NCBI GenBank assembly: GCA_017654855.1
Contig: CM030332.1
Coordinates: 3,720,001 to 3,784,000 of the forward strand
Length of the DNA stretch: 64,000 nt
Source of the DNA: Podospora anserina
Taxonomy: Eukaryota
Reading direction: 5' to 3'
Shown: positions 36,567 through 49,761 of the stretch, one piece after another
Numbering within the stretch: the stretch's first letter is position 1
Layout: each line of letters begins with the position of its first letter
Program-made: the position numbers and the translations under genes
The notes under the pieces: model-generated
Seen by the model: only the letters and a program-made list of their open reading frames with translations
Told to the model about the DNA's origin: nothing
Databases searched by the model: none

Positions 36567-38672
36567 ATGGCTCGTCCTGGTATTCTTTTGCGCTTTTCTG
36601 AGAGGAGGCACCGTAGGGGTTCGAGCCTCAACGGACATATCAAGCCGGCGGACGCCACCAGTCCAGTCACTACACCAACACCTAGACCAGTCACACGAGA
36701 AAAATCCTGGAAGCATCGGTCTTTGGGGTCTATCACATGTAAGTAGATACTCGAGTAGGCCATGTCTGGTCTGTCTATACTAACAGCTACCCACCACAGC
36801 CATCTTCCATGGGCACAGCCAGGCGCCACAGAATGTCTATGAAAAGCCTGTTGAGGTTATCAGACAAGAGGAGTACCCTCACATGAACAATGGTGAGCTC
36901 CCACGAAGAATCTTGTCCATTCTTCGCCATCTCAAGACGACCAACTAACATAAACTAGGAACCTACCTCGACCACTCGGGCACAACCATCTACGCCGCCT
37001 CAACGGTGACCCGCTTCTCCCACAAAATGCTCAACAATCTCTACGGCAACCCCCATTCAGAAAACAAGCCGGCCAAAGTTTCAGGAGACATGGTCGACGA
37101 GATCCGCCTCAAGGCGTTGCGCTTCCTCGGCGCAGACCCGGAGCACTTTGACCTGGTCTTCACCGCCAACGCCACGGCCGCTATCAAGCTCGTGGCGGAC
37201 TCGTTCCGGGATCTGGCCGAGCAGACGCGCTCCGGCTCTTTTTGGTATGGCTACCACAGGGATGCTCATACGTCTCTTGTTGGCGTGAGGGAGTTCACCC
37301 GCAACGGCGAGCACCACGTCTTTGCGCACGATCAGGAGGTGGAAGCCTGGCTTGAGCACCCTGGGGCTTACCACAGGGCGATTGACAGGGTGAGCAGCCT
37401 GGGCTTGTTCGCCTGGCCGGGCCAGTCGAATTTGACGGGGAGGAGACTGCCGCTCGAGTGGGCTGGGCGGGTTAGGAGATTGAGGGAGATTCAAGGGACG
37501 TACACGCTACTGGATGCGGCCGCGCTGGCGATGACATGTGATATGACGCGGGTGTTTGGTGACCCGTCTCAAGCACCGGATTTCACTTGTGTGAGCTTTT
37601 ACAAGATATTTGGCTTTCCGGATCTTGGGGGGTTGATTGTCAGGAAGGACTCGGGGCATATCTTGACGTTGAGGAAGTATTTTGGGGGAGGGACGGTTAC
37701 CATGGTGAAGACGTTGGGTGGTGGGCCGGTGTGGCATATTTCCAAGGGGGCGGAGATGACGGAGGAGGGGGGGTTGCATGATGGGTTGGAGGATGGGACG
37801 TTGCCGTTTCATAGTATTTTGGCGCTGGGGGAGGCGATTGAGGTGCAGAGGGATTTGTATGGGAATATGGAGAATGTGTCGAGGCATGTGACGGGGTTGG
37901 TGGTGAGGTTGTATGAGGGGTTGAGGGGGTTGAGGCATGGGAATGGGGGGGAGGTGGTGAGGGTTTATGAGGAGGGGGGTGAGGAGGTGACGGGGTATGG
38001 GGATTCGAGGAGGCAGGGGGGGACGGTGGCGTTTAATGTTTTTGGGGAGGATGGGGGGGTGGTGAGTTATGATCGAGTGGAGGGATTGGCGAACGAGAGG
38101 GGGATTTATGTTAGGAGTGGTGGTGAGTTTTATCTCAGGGGAGGTTTGGGGAAGAAGGATGCTAACATTGATCTAGGGATTTGTTGTCCTGGTGGGATTT
38201 TTACTGCGTTGCAGTATGAGCCGTGGCAGTTGAATAGAGCCAAATCGGCTGGGCATCGGTGTGGTGAGTCTACTATGAAACTTCTCGCCATGTTGGACAT
38301 GCTGACACTCTTCACAACAGGTCCCCATGGTTTAGGTGTAATCAATGATCTCCCGACAGGGTACATCTCCCCCTCCCTTTTGCACCTTCTTTCCACGATA
38401 CTAACAACACCTCCAGCGTCGTACGAGCGAGCCTCGGAGCAATGAGCACAACCAAAGATGTCGACACACTCATCGAGTTCCTACGAGAGATGTTTGTCAC
38501 TCCGACTACAACACGAAAACGAGGTCACAGCCGCAAGAACAGCAACAGTAGCACTATCAGCAACTCTTCTGTAGGGTCTGTAGGGTCAGTAGCGTTTGAG
38601 CCCAAGCCTGCTGAGACGTTTGCGGTACAGGCGCCTCCACGGGTTACTTCGGGGTGCTGCTCCCTTTCATGA
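36567..38672 (+). CDS. Molybdenum-cofactor-sulfurase-like PLP enzyme (aminotransferase class V), lacking a MOSC domain
   Basis: Exons 36567-36738, 36800-36892, 36959-38122, 38177-38263, 38321-38360, 38417-38672 (603 aa). Motifs YLDHSGTT, LYGNPHS, LVFTANATAAIKLV, LLDAAA, SFYKIFGFPDLGGL, LEDGTLPFHSI, VRSGGICCPGG, GVVRASLGAMST. Confidence 0.88.
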
Positions 38673-39062
38673 CGGTAGTTTGGTAGGCTCTTGGTTTGGT
38701 TGGAATGGTTGTATATTTGGGGTGTCAGGTTGGTTAGGATGGGTTGGTACATATGGTGAATGGATGGGTCGGTTGGGTGGGTTTTGGTGGTTTACTTGTC
38801 GTTTATGGATACGGAAGGGTAATTGTTGAATACCATGTTCTGTTTCCCATCACCTCTCTCCCATGTGCACAAAGCTCCTGCAATCTAATACCTGAAATCG
38901 CGGCCTTGATGCCAACAAGCTTTTGTCCCGCAATGAAAGGTCAGGTAGTCTGATGATCATCGAGATCCGAGGAGAAGTGCTTCACCGTGGCAATCTTCCC
39001 CTCAAAGACTGAGACCATGTCAAAAAGGATAACCAACAACGCAGCGGTTGTGAGAAAAAATA

Positions 39063-39181
39063 ACATACAACACCGAGGATTCCCCAGTGGTCACCCACCT
39101 GAGTACTGGTTCGGCCCTCAGCTGTTTGACTCGGGCAGAGCGGACGGGATGCCGTATTTTCAGCTGGGTATGGTCGTATGT
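39063..39181 (-). rRNA. 5S rRNA (downstream copy of tandem pair)
   Basis: Reverse complement ACATACGACCATACCCAGCTGAAAATACGGCATCCCGTCCGCTCTGCCC...GGGAATCCTCGGTGTTGTATGT, 119 nt, with pairing termini. T6 run (Pol III terminator) at 39055-39060. Confidence 0.95.
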
Positions 39182-39247
39182 GACGGTTTGGGTCAGGAGA
39201 TGGGTTCATGTGTGGACAATGAGACTGAGGCAAAAAACAGGAAAAAT

Positions 39248-39366
39248 ACATACAACACCGAGGATTCCCCAGTGGTCACCCACCTGAGTACTGATTCGGC
39301 CCTCAGCTGTTTGACTCGGGCAGAGCGGACGGGATGCCGTATTTTCAGCTGGGTATGGTCGTATGT
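39248..39366 (-). rRNA. 5S rRNA (upstream copy of tandem pair)
   Basis: 119 nt, identical to the 39063-39181 copy except position 39294 versus 39109; followed by T5 and T6 runs. Confidence 0.95.
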
Positions 39367-41094
39367 GCTAGTTCAAGCAGGTAATTGAAAATAAGGGCCA
39401 CTGGCCACAAGTGAAGACACTAAGCGGCTTGGGTTGTAGAAGGGCATGAATGGGACAGCAGGAAAGGACATGATACTTTTGTTTTATTGAGATCCCATGT
39501 GCAACTCGGAAGTCCTAAGTCAAGGTCTCATGAGCGAGCGGACTTTGAACTGTGTCTAGACTACTGTGCAAGCGTGATTACTATCTTGACATGCGTCCTC
39601 TTGTTTTAATTTAGAAGACATCCATCTCTTCTCACACACCTCGGCTTGGGGTGAACGCTTCCGCCCTCGACGTAAATGCGTGTTGAATGTTTGACATTTG
39701 TATGTTTTTTGGCTTTTCACTAAGTGGCGATCAATCTATGTGTGGGGTTTCGCTGTATTTTATTGTCATGTATCGTACTTGAGGAGCATTGAGGTTTCGT
39801 AAGTAGCTTGAAAGACGCAGTTTGATGTCGAATTCTAGTTGGTGAAGAAAGTGATATAGCTTTTAGTGGATCGACTTTCAGGGGATCTGACGCCCTGTCC
39901 TTCATGGTTGATTACATATGTGTTGAGAGGGTGTAACTATCACATGGGGAAGAGCATCTGGTTGTTCGAGGGATTGAGCTGTAGGCCGTATTTTGGTGTG
40001 AACTTCTAAATATGAACTATACTCCATTGCTCTACAATGCTAACGAAATGGTGGTGGTCACAAACCGGCCTTGCCGAACTTCAGTTTCGTTGTTGTGCCT
40101 TACCTATTGAGCAAGATAATTATGTAGGTTCAGCTGCAATCCTTTCAGAGGTAAGTGCGATCCTTCACTGCAACTCTAAATAGGTGGTTACATCAGATCG
40201 CACAGTATGATGTCAAGATCGCCGTCAATCTCAATAACGTTGTCAATCCCTTGATCGTAAAACCCTCTCTCCAGGAATAGCATCAATTCCACCCACGAAT
40301 CTCATCAACTCTGATGTTGTTTACTTACAGCCTCCCGGGTAGGTGACGTGACCAGCTCCCTCATTCTCACATTTATTGCACAAGCATACACACCCCCTTT
40401 GCCACCTCCCTCTCCTCAACCGCTCCAGTCAACAAAACACATTTCCATGAAGAATTTCAATTTGAGCTTGCTTAAACGATCCCCCAAACTATTGTTTTGG
40501 CTTCAGATTTTGTAGCTATTTCCAGATGTGCAATTTGTCAACAAGGTCTATATATATACCAACCTGATGTTACATCCAATTCCTTTCCATTCACAACCCC
40601 CCTTACCCCCCTTCCCCAAGTTACATGCAGCAGCAGCAATAATTTAGACAACATAGCAAAGTGTGCATCTATCGTTAACCAGGATTCACAAATAGATCCC
40701 ACCAACCAGTACCAATTTGCAAATGAATGTTGCATTTCAGCAGCTCAGCTAGCAAGTTGATCATTGGTTTTTGCATGATTGTGATGACCGATGACGGAGG
40801 GTTTCTTCCTCTCTGCTTTTTCTCCATGTCATGATTCCACGGCGTCGAGCAAGATTTGCTTCTTCCTAAAATCTCCCTGCATCAAAAGGTGCGATTTGTT
40901 GAGCCTATCCCCACCAACCAGCTCCTAGCCTTTCACACATCAAAAAAGAAAAAAAGTAAACAAACACCCACATATTTGGCTGAACCATGAACCCGGAAAC
41001 AAGGCCATCCGAGCAGATCACTCCGCCTAGATTTGAGATGGTCAAATGTGAAAAGTGACAGAAAACCGTTTTCTTGTGTGTTGGGCTGAAAAGC

Positions 41095-41095
<1 letters not shown>

Positions 41096-41134
<39 letters not shown>
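41096..41134. repeat. Poly(A) tract, 39 nt
   Basis: Read directly from the sequence. Confidence 0.9.
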
Positions 41135-41136
<2 letters not shown>

Positions 41137-44100
41137 AAGCATAGTCGATCTGTTCGCTTGTGGGAAAGAAAAGGCGCCACGAGATGTCTGAGTTTGTGAC
41201 AGTTGTCTAGGCCCACTTGACTCGACAAAGTTTGAAAGACATCTTGTCTCGGAAGGGATGTGTCAAAAGGCTAGAAGGTGGCCTTCTCGTTCTTACAAAG
41301 GTTGGTAGTGTCTATAGTCTGTCCTGTAATCATAACGATGGCCAGAGAGGTATTGAAATCACCATGTCGGGAATGCCCGCGGGCGGGATCCGGCCCGGAT
41401 CAGAGACATGCGATACTGCATGCAATCCCAGCTTAATATGTCGTCCAGGGAATATCCCTACCACAATGAGCTGTCCAGCATATGCAAGTCTGAGAGGCCC
41501 TCTCTTGCTTGTCAGCCCCCCTTGATAGTCGACGTCAAGATATTCCCGCTTCGAGAGTCCATACCGGCACTCCGAGAACAACAAGACCAAAGAAGAAAAG
41601 ACTCGCTGCCCAGTGGAGTGTAGTTAATCGGATCCACACAGGATTATGGGTAGCATTCCGCAGGTGCTAGCACACGCCTGGCAAGGCAACATCAACCACC
41701 TCTCGCTTCTGCTCGATCGGTTCGAAATGCCGCCGAATGTCCCTCCGAGAAAGCCCACTCGGTACTGCTTTGATATCGAAGCCAAAAGGAGAGCGCAAAA
41801 AGCAGCGCCGTTGGGCAGCGTTCCATTAACAAACCCGAAAGCTGCGATGGAGAGATGCAATGTAACGGACTTCGCACGAACACCCCAAGTGCATGTGCGG
41901 GATTTCCCTCGAGGGCATCCTCTCACCCCGTTGCAAATCCCGCAAAGATGGTTGATGGCGGATGGCGGGTTTGGGACAGTTCGTGCGTGTGCCGTCTTGG
42001 AACGGCAAGGAAATCCAGCCATGTCGTTGTGGCGGCCAACGGTTGAGCCTCAGAAGCGGACCGTTTTGGTGGAACCGTGGGGAACCGGGACAGTTGGATT
42101 GATATTGCCCTTCATTTGTCATTGAGCCTGGCTGGAAGCAAAAGATGAGGCACTGTGCATTTGATCAGCTAACGTCTTGTCGATGGTTTGTTGTTTGCCC
42201 GCACGCTTCTCATTCGCCCACATGATTGACAAGAGAGGGATGACGATATACCAAGATGAGATCAGATGGAAGGGTGAGGTGCTGCGAGACCCCTGATCAC
42301 AGAACGGGCCGACCACCGCATTTTGCCAGAATGCAGTACCACTTTCACCTACTCTGGGGCTTCGGTCATTCTCGACACAAGCAGTAAAAAAACACACTTA
42401 TCTCGGGTTTTTGGCTAAAAGAAGATCAAACACTCAGAGGGGTTGCGTTCTCGTCTCGACCCACGGCTCACCGTTGTGGCACGACTTTTTGGCATCCATA
42501 GACTCTTGGACTAGACAGACCGGTCAGAAAACTAGATTATAACGATATAATAATGTCTATGCAGATATTGCATTGACTATTGCAGACGTGCTTACGGAGA
42601 GGTGCGACAATCGGGCCAGAACTTTCCATCAAGGAAGCTGTTCCGAAGACCCGAGACGGAGCGAATCCTGAATCCGTAGGTAGATAATGCAGATTCTGCC
42701 CTGATGATACTCTGGCTTGCTGATATTCCATGATGTTTTGTGGAAGCGAGCCGGCTACGACTTGACAGAACCCGCGGCAACGGCTCTTTCGCTCCGCTCT
42801 TGCTTGCAGTCCAACGGCTTCTTGTTGTTGCAAGCCGCTGACCGTTGCGATGAGGGTCGATTGACGAGAGATTTTGTTGGGCCATCTACGGCATCCGAAT
42901 CGGACCCTGAAGGAATTAGCGACCCATCGCGTCTGTTTGATGTGATAGAGGCACATGCTTTGGCAAGCAGATGCCAAGATTTGATCTCCCTCAGAGTGCT
43001 CTGGATATGCTCCCCTTTCATATCGTCAAAGTGTGCAGGCTAATTCACGTGTTGAGGAAGAGAGAAGAGGGTAATCTATCCAAGACCAACATGAGAACAG
43101 CCTTGGTTAGAGTGGCTGTAGGTTTGAAACTTGGGCGTCGAAGGAGCCGGCAGCAGGCAGAATCTGGTTTTCGAGTCAGAGTGGGTGAAATTTCGCTGTT
43201 GTTTCCAGTTTCAATATCCCGGAGGAGTGGTTGGTAACACCAAGCTGGCCAGTGTCGCATTGGCTGTGACTTGGGAGGAGAGAAGAGAAATTCGAGGGGA
43301 GTGAATTGTCATCACTGGCTGCATGGGTCGAGTTAGTGGCTCGTCACTGCTCGTATGATGGCTTCGCTCCTTCGTCAGTGGTCGGGCTGCCATATGGTGG
43401 AAAAAAAATAGGACCTGAAGTGAGCGGCGTCGTGGGGTGGTTATCTGTGCGACATCAGTCTATGGCGCTTTGGAGCGCGCTAGCTGCCAGTGTGGCTGGC
43501 GGGTAACAACGGGTGCTATCCAAAAGAGGGAGCGACCATTGCCGATCGCCAGCCCGGCTTTCTTGTCCCTCACCTCTGACCAAGCCATCTGATAATCTCC
43601 CCGCCATGAATGTGGGGTAGTGGGATGTGTAGGAGTCGCAAATTTCCCAGCATTTCCATGCTTGTGAGGGGACAAACAGGGAGCACTGGAAAAGCAAGTG
43701 TCAGCGTCTACACACCACCCCAATCGGCGTTTGATCGCCCGAGCCTGACATCATCGGAGCTTCCGACACAGGACCTCCAAAGCAATCTGTGATCGACGAT
43801 TCTGCACTCAGAGCTATGGCGTATTCGTATGCGCATTTCGGCCTTGTCAGATCTCGTTCATCCCATGTCAGAAGGCCTTGGAGCAGCACAACCCTGGAGA
43901 TCCTTCTCCTCGGCTTGACTGTTGAGTTCCCGCGTTCGTCGGACCGCTTTGTCGGCTGGTCCACTGTGTCGGGCGTGTTTTGGATCCACGTGGGTGTTTG
44001 CGGGACGAGAGTTGACAGCTCCATTTCGTGATGGCCGGTTTTGGTGATGGGCAGCGCAATGTCATGTTGAGGTGAAGGCGGCGTGCGTGCAAGGTAAGGT

Positions 44101-47100
44101 AGGGTTGCATGATCGGAAAGTGGGGATCCAAGTGGCTTGAAGCACGACATCAAAAATGTAGCCGGCATTTTGCCAGCTCCCATTCCACTGAGAGTGTCCC
44201 AACACATGCCCGCCTCAGGCCTGCTTGCTTCCATGCTTGCTCTCTGCTGAGGTGCTGGAGGGTGCGGTGCCAGAAATGAAAGGGTTGCTGCCAGTATGCG
44301 CCAAACCCGAGCTCCCTCAATACCACTATGATCATCAGCTTTCGTCCGAAGTCGCCTCCTCGGAGCGAGGTTGCATGCAAGGTACCCGACACTAGTACCT
44401 GAGCAGCTGCCAAAGCAACCCTGAAAGCCTGGTTTTGTCTGCTCAGAGAGATTGCTCAGTACGTCGCATGACGGCGCTTAGAGGTCCCCCTATCTCCGAT
44501 GCCAACAGGAAACGTCAGAGGTCAGACGCCTGCCTACTTGCTTTGAAGCTTGACAACCCTTGATGGCGATCACGTTCTGGAAGCCCACAAGGAACACGCG
44601 CGGCCAACAAGCAAGCTCCGTTGGGCCGAAGTCGAGGCAACGGGAGCGAACAAAGAAGGAGAATAACCAACTTCTTCCAAACAGCCATATCACCTGCGAC
44701 AATAAAAGAAAGAAACTCTCGCAACCATCACCACGAGAGAGCTCAGGAAAAAATGGAATGATAACGTCCAATTACGGTCCGGAGCGTAACCAGTGATGGA
44801 GAGAGCGCTTAGCCTAATCAGGGATTACGAGGCAGGGACAGGGGAGGTTGCGATCCAGCGCGTGGACCTGTAAGAGGTCTCGATACGTGATCCTTGACAA
44901 TTATTACACATTTGCCCAGGGGTAACAGACCTGCCTTGACTTGACTCGGCAGGGGGTGCATTCATTTTTGACACTCTCACTGACAGCACCATGAACTTCC
45001 ATGAAGCAGCCAGGGGCCTCAGCTATTCTACGCTGCCGTGGAAGAAAATGATTGATGTTGCTTTCATCCAACGCTATACTGTCACTGCAAGATGGACCTG
45101 TCTGGCAGCGGTCCCGCGGCATACATTCCGGGCTTCTTCTTGATCGCCTTCCGCGCCGGCTCCTCAGATTCCAAGATCGGATCTTCCTCCATGGGGTCGC
45201 TCCCGGCCGAATGCCACCCTTTTGCGCATGAACCACTGACAACCCTGGGCCAGACTGCCAGAATACTACCACTTCTCGAGAGGGACGAACAAAGAAACCA
45301 GCACGCCCCCCAAATCCGACCCTTGAGCGATGAGGCGTCGTCGTGGTCAAAGCCGTCGCTCCGCTACAACGATACTACACCCCCCCTATACTTGGCCCTC
45401 CTATAGATGCTCATTGCCGTACCACATCAACAATGCGGTACGCGACTGCGTATCTGAGACGACGGGTATCGACAAGATGGCTGTCAAAGCTGCCCAGCCG
45501 GGCACCGGATTGGCAGGGCAGTTGGAGGATCGGGCCTACCTTGGTACCCGTACATACTAACCAACTTGGGGATCAACGGAAGAACTGGGGGCATCTCCAC
45601 CGAAGCTTGGTAGAAGCTGGCAAGGAAGAATTGGACCTTCTTCTTTCCGGAGAGCCAAATGCTGGAAACGGTGTTTCAGGCTTTGGCAATGATCAAAGGA
45701 TGAATTAGCCCGGAGGCCCCTGGGAGAGGGAGGGGACAGCATATCCATTTTTCCAAGTTAGCCTCTCTCGCATGGAGCAGCGCTCAGTTGAAGCCGATTG
45801 AATGAATCTAACGCCCACACCTATTAGATTTTTTTTTCTCCGAATTTTTGCTAAGGTAGGTATTCTGCCATCCAGACACTGGCAGTTGTCGGTGTTTGGC
45901 AGCTCCTGCAGGTTGCACGGTCGGTACCTTCCTTGTCCGGCTGCTCTCATTGTGACTCCGAGTGCCGTCGTTCCTGGCGGCAGCTGCAGAAGAATAAAGA
46001 GAGGTTTCAACAACAAGTGAAGGCGCAACCTTCTCCATTAATATGTGCTCTTTGCCCGGGTCTCGCCACTGCCTTAACACTGAACCCCTCCCCTTTCCCC
46101 CATGTCCATGTCCAACTTCCACATCACGGGCAGTCTCCAGAACGACTTTGTCTCCAATATAACTCGACGAACTTCCTTTTCCCTGAATCAACCTCGGCCA
46201 GTCAGCAGGAGTCCAGTCCTCGGCTACCGTTCCCACAAATCTTCGAGACCCCTTCCTGACATCTGCCTCGTCGTTCCGCACTCGGCTGGCTTCCCGGAAC
46301 CCGCGTCTGACACCACCAGAAGGGACACTTTCTTTGCCACCTTCTTTTCGCATAGCCAACCGCACCAGACACCAGCTTGGGTCTTCTGGGGAACCCGGTC
46401 ACCGGTGAAGCAATAACGAAGAACAAGAAGAAGGAAAAAAAGAAAGAAAAAAAGGCAAAGTCACCTACAGGGAACAGCGCCGTGAAGCAGGTCAACCTAG
46501 CCGCAGCCTTCCGTCTACCTACCTCACCTACCTATGGCCCGTCCCTAGCGTGCAATACAAGCCTACCTACCTGCCACTGCCGGCAGCCATCAGCATCACC
46601 TCGATCCTGCTCGGCATCTTCCTCGTGGCACAGAAACTGCACTGGCTGCTGCTGCCGCCGCGCCATTTGTTATCAAACACCTCTTGGTTCTCGCGGGTAC
46701 AAGGGGCTGAGATCTGCCAGCTGAATGGCCAAGATAGGACCACTGGTGGTGCTTATCCTGCAATCCGGCAATAGCAGCAAGCCAAACGATCATCCCTTGG
46801 TTCACCACTGCGAGCACGCCCTTTGGCCCAGCATCAGGAACGACCTGCTCCATTCCTGAAAAAGAAAAGACAAAGGCCAACATCTGCTTAGCGGATTACC
46901 TTAATTAGACAAGACCTGGAGTGATCACTTACCCTGTGCGGCTCATCATAGGCGCTGCAGGCACCTCACCTATTTCCCCACGGCCACCCACCACCAAGAC
47001 AAAAAGCTCCCTCCTTTCCCAACCAGGAGCACGTCACAACCCACATGCCACTTGGAAGCCTCTGACATCTTCCATACCTTTCACACGCACACATCTCTCG

Positions 47101-48261
47101 CGCCCGACGGTCCCGATCTCGAATTCACTGTCGCCGTCGACTGCACTCACCAGCCAAAGCTGCCGGAACGTCGCACAGGAGCTTCCAAAAACAGCAACTG
47201 CGGGATTCCCTGCCCTGGCCACACTCAACCATACAACAGTACCTCGATCAGGTCAGGTACAAAAGTTTGGGGTGTGAGCCGTGTCTTCGACGCGGCCTAC
47301 CAAACTCGCCTTGGGCGTCCGGTTCCATTCCAGCCAGCCAGCTCTCGCTTCGTTTCCTTCGTGCACTGCAGGAATCTCTCCACGCTGCAGCCAGCTGCGG
47401 ACTTCCACTGGAAACCTCCTTCTCACGCCCCCTCCTCCTCCCCCCTTCTGCCCTTCCCGGGCACCCACCTACGACACGCGCATCTACCCTCACATCCACC
47501 TCCACCGCATTCACAACCACAACCATAACCACCCTCCAGACCGGCCGGCTACTCAGCCAGTCTGCCTCGGTCTTCCTGCAGCGCACTGTGGCTGCTGGCC
47601 ATACTCTCGGCATCCACATATAGCCCGAGCTTTGCTTTGTCGTGTCAACCCTTGCAGGAACAAAAGCAAGAACAGTTGCTGTACTTGGCAGTTGAACGCT
47701 GCCGCTGCCTGACAGCTTCTTGGACGGATCAAGGCCACCACTCAGACCTGAAAGGGGTGTATTTTAATCGCCAGTCACATCGCTTGGATCTCCTTCGCCC
47801 CAGGCGCCGCCGACCACAAGATCAACACCTCCATTGGTCCGCATGCTACTCGCTACCTGTCAACCGTCCCGTTTTATCTGTATCGCCGCCAAACGCCGTG
47901 GCTCTTCTCCCTCCTTGGTCCGCCGTCATATCTGAATCAAAGGAGCCCATCACTTGTCTTTCCGTCCCGGACCGCAAACAAAGCCCTTGTCATTCGGCAC
48001 CATCTTGGACACCAGAACCGCCCAGGCTCGAAAGCTTAACACTATGTCATAAGAGCCCCTTGGAGTCCAAATCAGCACAAGCCGTTTTGCAGTGAGGGTA
48101 GCTCGACATCGTTGCAATATCTGGCTTCTGGAACCTTGGTCGCGGACCCGCAAGTAATAATCCATTACCCGCTTGCCACCCGTTGTCTTGTCCGAAGCTC
48201 AAGACGACCCCGGTATCTCTCTGACCATTTCAGGCGCGAACCAGGGCAGCAGCTGTCGTAC

Positions 48262-49761
48262 ATGGCAGTCGTTGCTCCGCCACCCCTATTAAAATCGAAG
48301 TTGGACCTCTGGGAATCAAGCGAATCCGCTATACATCCTGCCGTACCACCTTCAGCGCCCATGACAGACATAATGTCATACCAATATCCGCCGCCGCCTC
48401 AAAACGGCGCTGACATGGACATGTCGCCATCGGGATACTATCCCAACTATTCAGTCTCTTCACACACATCATCAGGAATGGATTCGGGGGTCCCATCCAG
48501 AGACCGTTCAGACTCGATGAAAATCAAAAGGTCACTATCGACGCCGGCCGTCGGCCCATCTCCATCCCAGGCCCCGGCACCCCAATCCACGGCATCGCAG
48601 CAGTTGACAGCCCAAGGCCAGGACCCGCTTGGGCTGGCAGGAGAAAAGAGAAGAAACAAGCTTGGCTATCATCGGACATCAGTCGCATGTGGTAAGTCTC
48701 GCCCACTTGGAAGTTGTGAAGCTACCCTTGTGTGAGTATGGTGCTAAAAACAAGACGATTAAGGCCACTGCCGCCGGCGGAAGATTAGGTGTATACCTTC
48801 CCAAAACGACGTGCAGGGTCGATGCATGAACTGCATTCGACTCAAAAAGGACTGCAGTTTCTTCCCAGTAGATCAACAACCACCTCCAGACACGAGACAA
48901 AAGTCGGCGTCGAGGTCGTCTGTTGGACCCAAAATCGCTTCAGCCTCTTCATCGCCGGCCATGCAGAGTGGAATGCCGTCCGACATGCATGGACAACAGT
49001 CCTATTCCCAACTCACCATACCATCAATGCCTCCGCCGATGAAGCCAGCTGGCTCCGAAGCCTACACCCCTGATTCCAAGAGTAAGAAGAAACCCCGAAA
49101 TCCAACCCGAGGACAACTTGCTGAAACTTCCAAAGTCCCTTCGAGCGCTTCGAGCTCTCGAGCGTACGATTATGGGCAGTCCGGGATAACAAACTGGATG
49201 GCAGATGCTAGCCCGAGCTCCTCTAAACCGAGCGACTTGAATACCAACTGGCGAACTTATCCGGCTGAATCCCCCATAACGCCGGCTTTTTCCCCATACA
49301 CGCCACACGCACCGCCTCCATCCGCAACCTGGTCAACGCCCGTAGGCTCCGAGCCTGCTCGTGACGATCTGGCCTGGTCATCGTCGTACCCGGCGCCGCC
49401 ACCCCGATCTTTGTCCTTTGGTGCCGAGAGCGTCTCGAGTCAAAGCCAGTACCCATCGATTTCGCATGTCAGCAACCACTCGAGTCGAGATTACAGTCGA
49501 AAAGCCAGCTCCATGTCTGCCGACATGTATCCTGCCCCCATCTCAACCGCAATTCCCGGCGTTGATACGACTCCCGGATCGACGCCAACTCATGGTCTGG
49601 CGCTTTCCGCTGGGGCTGCCCCATCATCTGCCTATGGAACCTGGCAGCAGCCATACCCATATTCCAAACCCAGTGATGGTTATGGGGGAGCGTGGGCATA
49701 TCAAGAATCGGGGCATCCAGGAGATCAACATTCGACTGAGCACGCCTATTATGAGCGATAG
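48262..49761 (+). CDS. Zn(II)2Cys6 transcription factor without a recognisable middle-homology domain
   Basis: Exons 48262-48691, 48764-49081, 49136-49761. Spliced cluster EKRRNKLGYHRTSVACGHCRRRKIRCIPSQNDVQGRCMNCIRLKKDC followed by a Ser/Pro-rich tail. Resembles Aspergillus McrA-like factors from memory (unverified). Confidence 0.92.

Noticed and set aside
41096-41134. Poly(A) tail of a retroposed element
   Set aside because: No target duplication and no recognisable upstream LINE/SINE or processed gene.
41646-46416. Several 100-185 aa ORFs in the gene-free interval
   Set aside because: No codon bias, motifs or coherent splice structure; expected by chance at this GC content.
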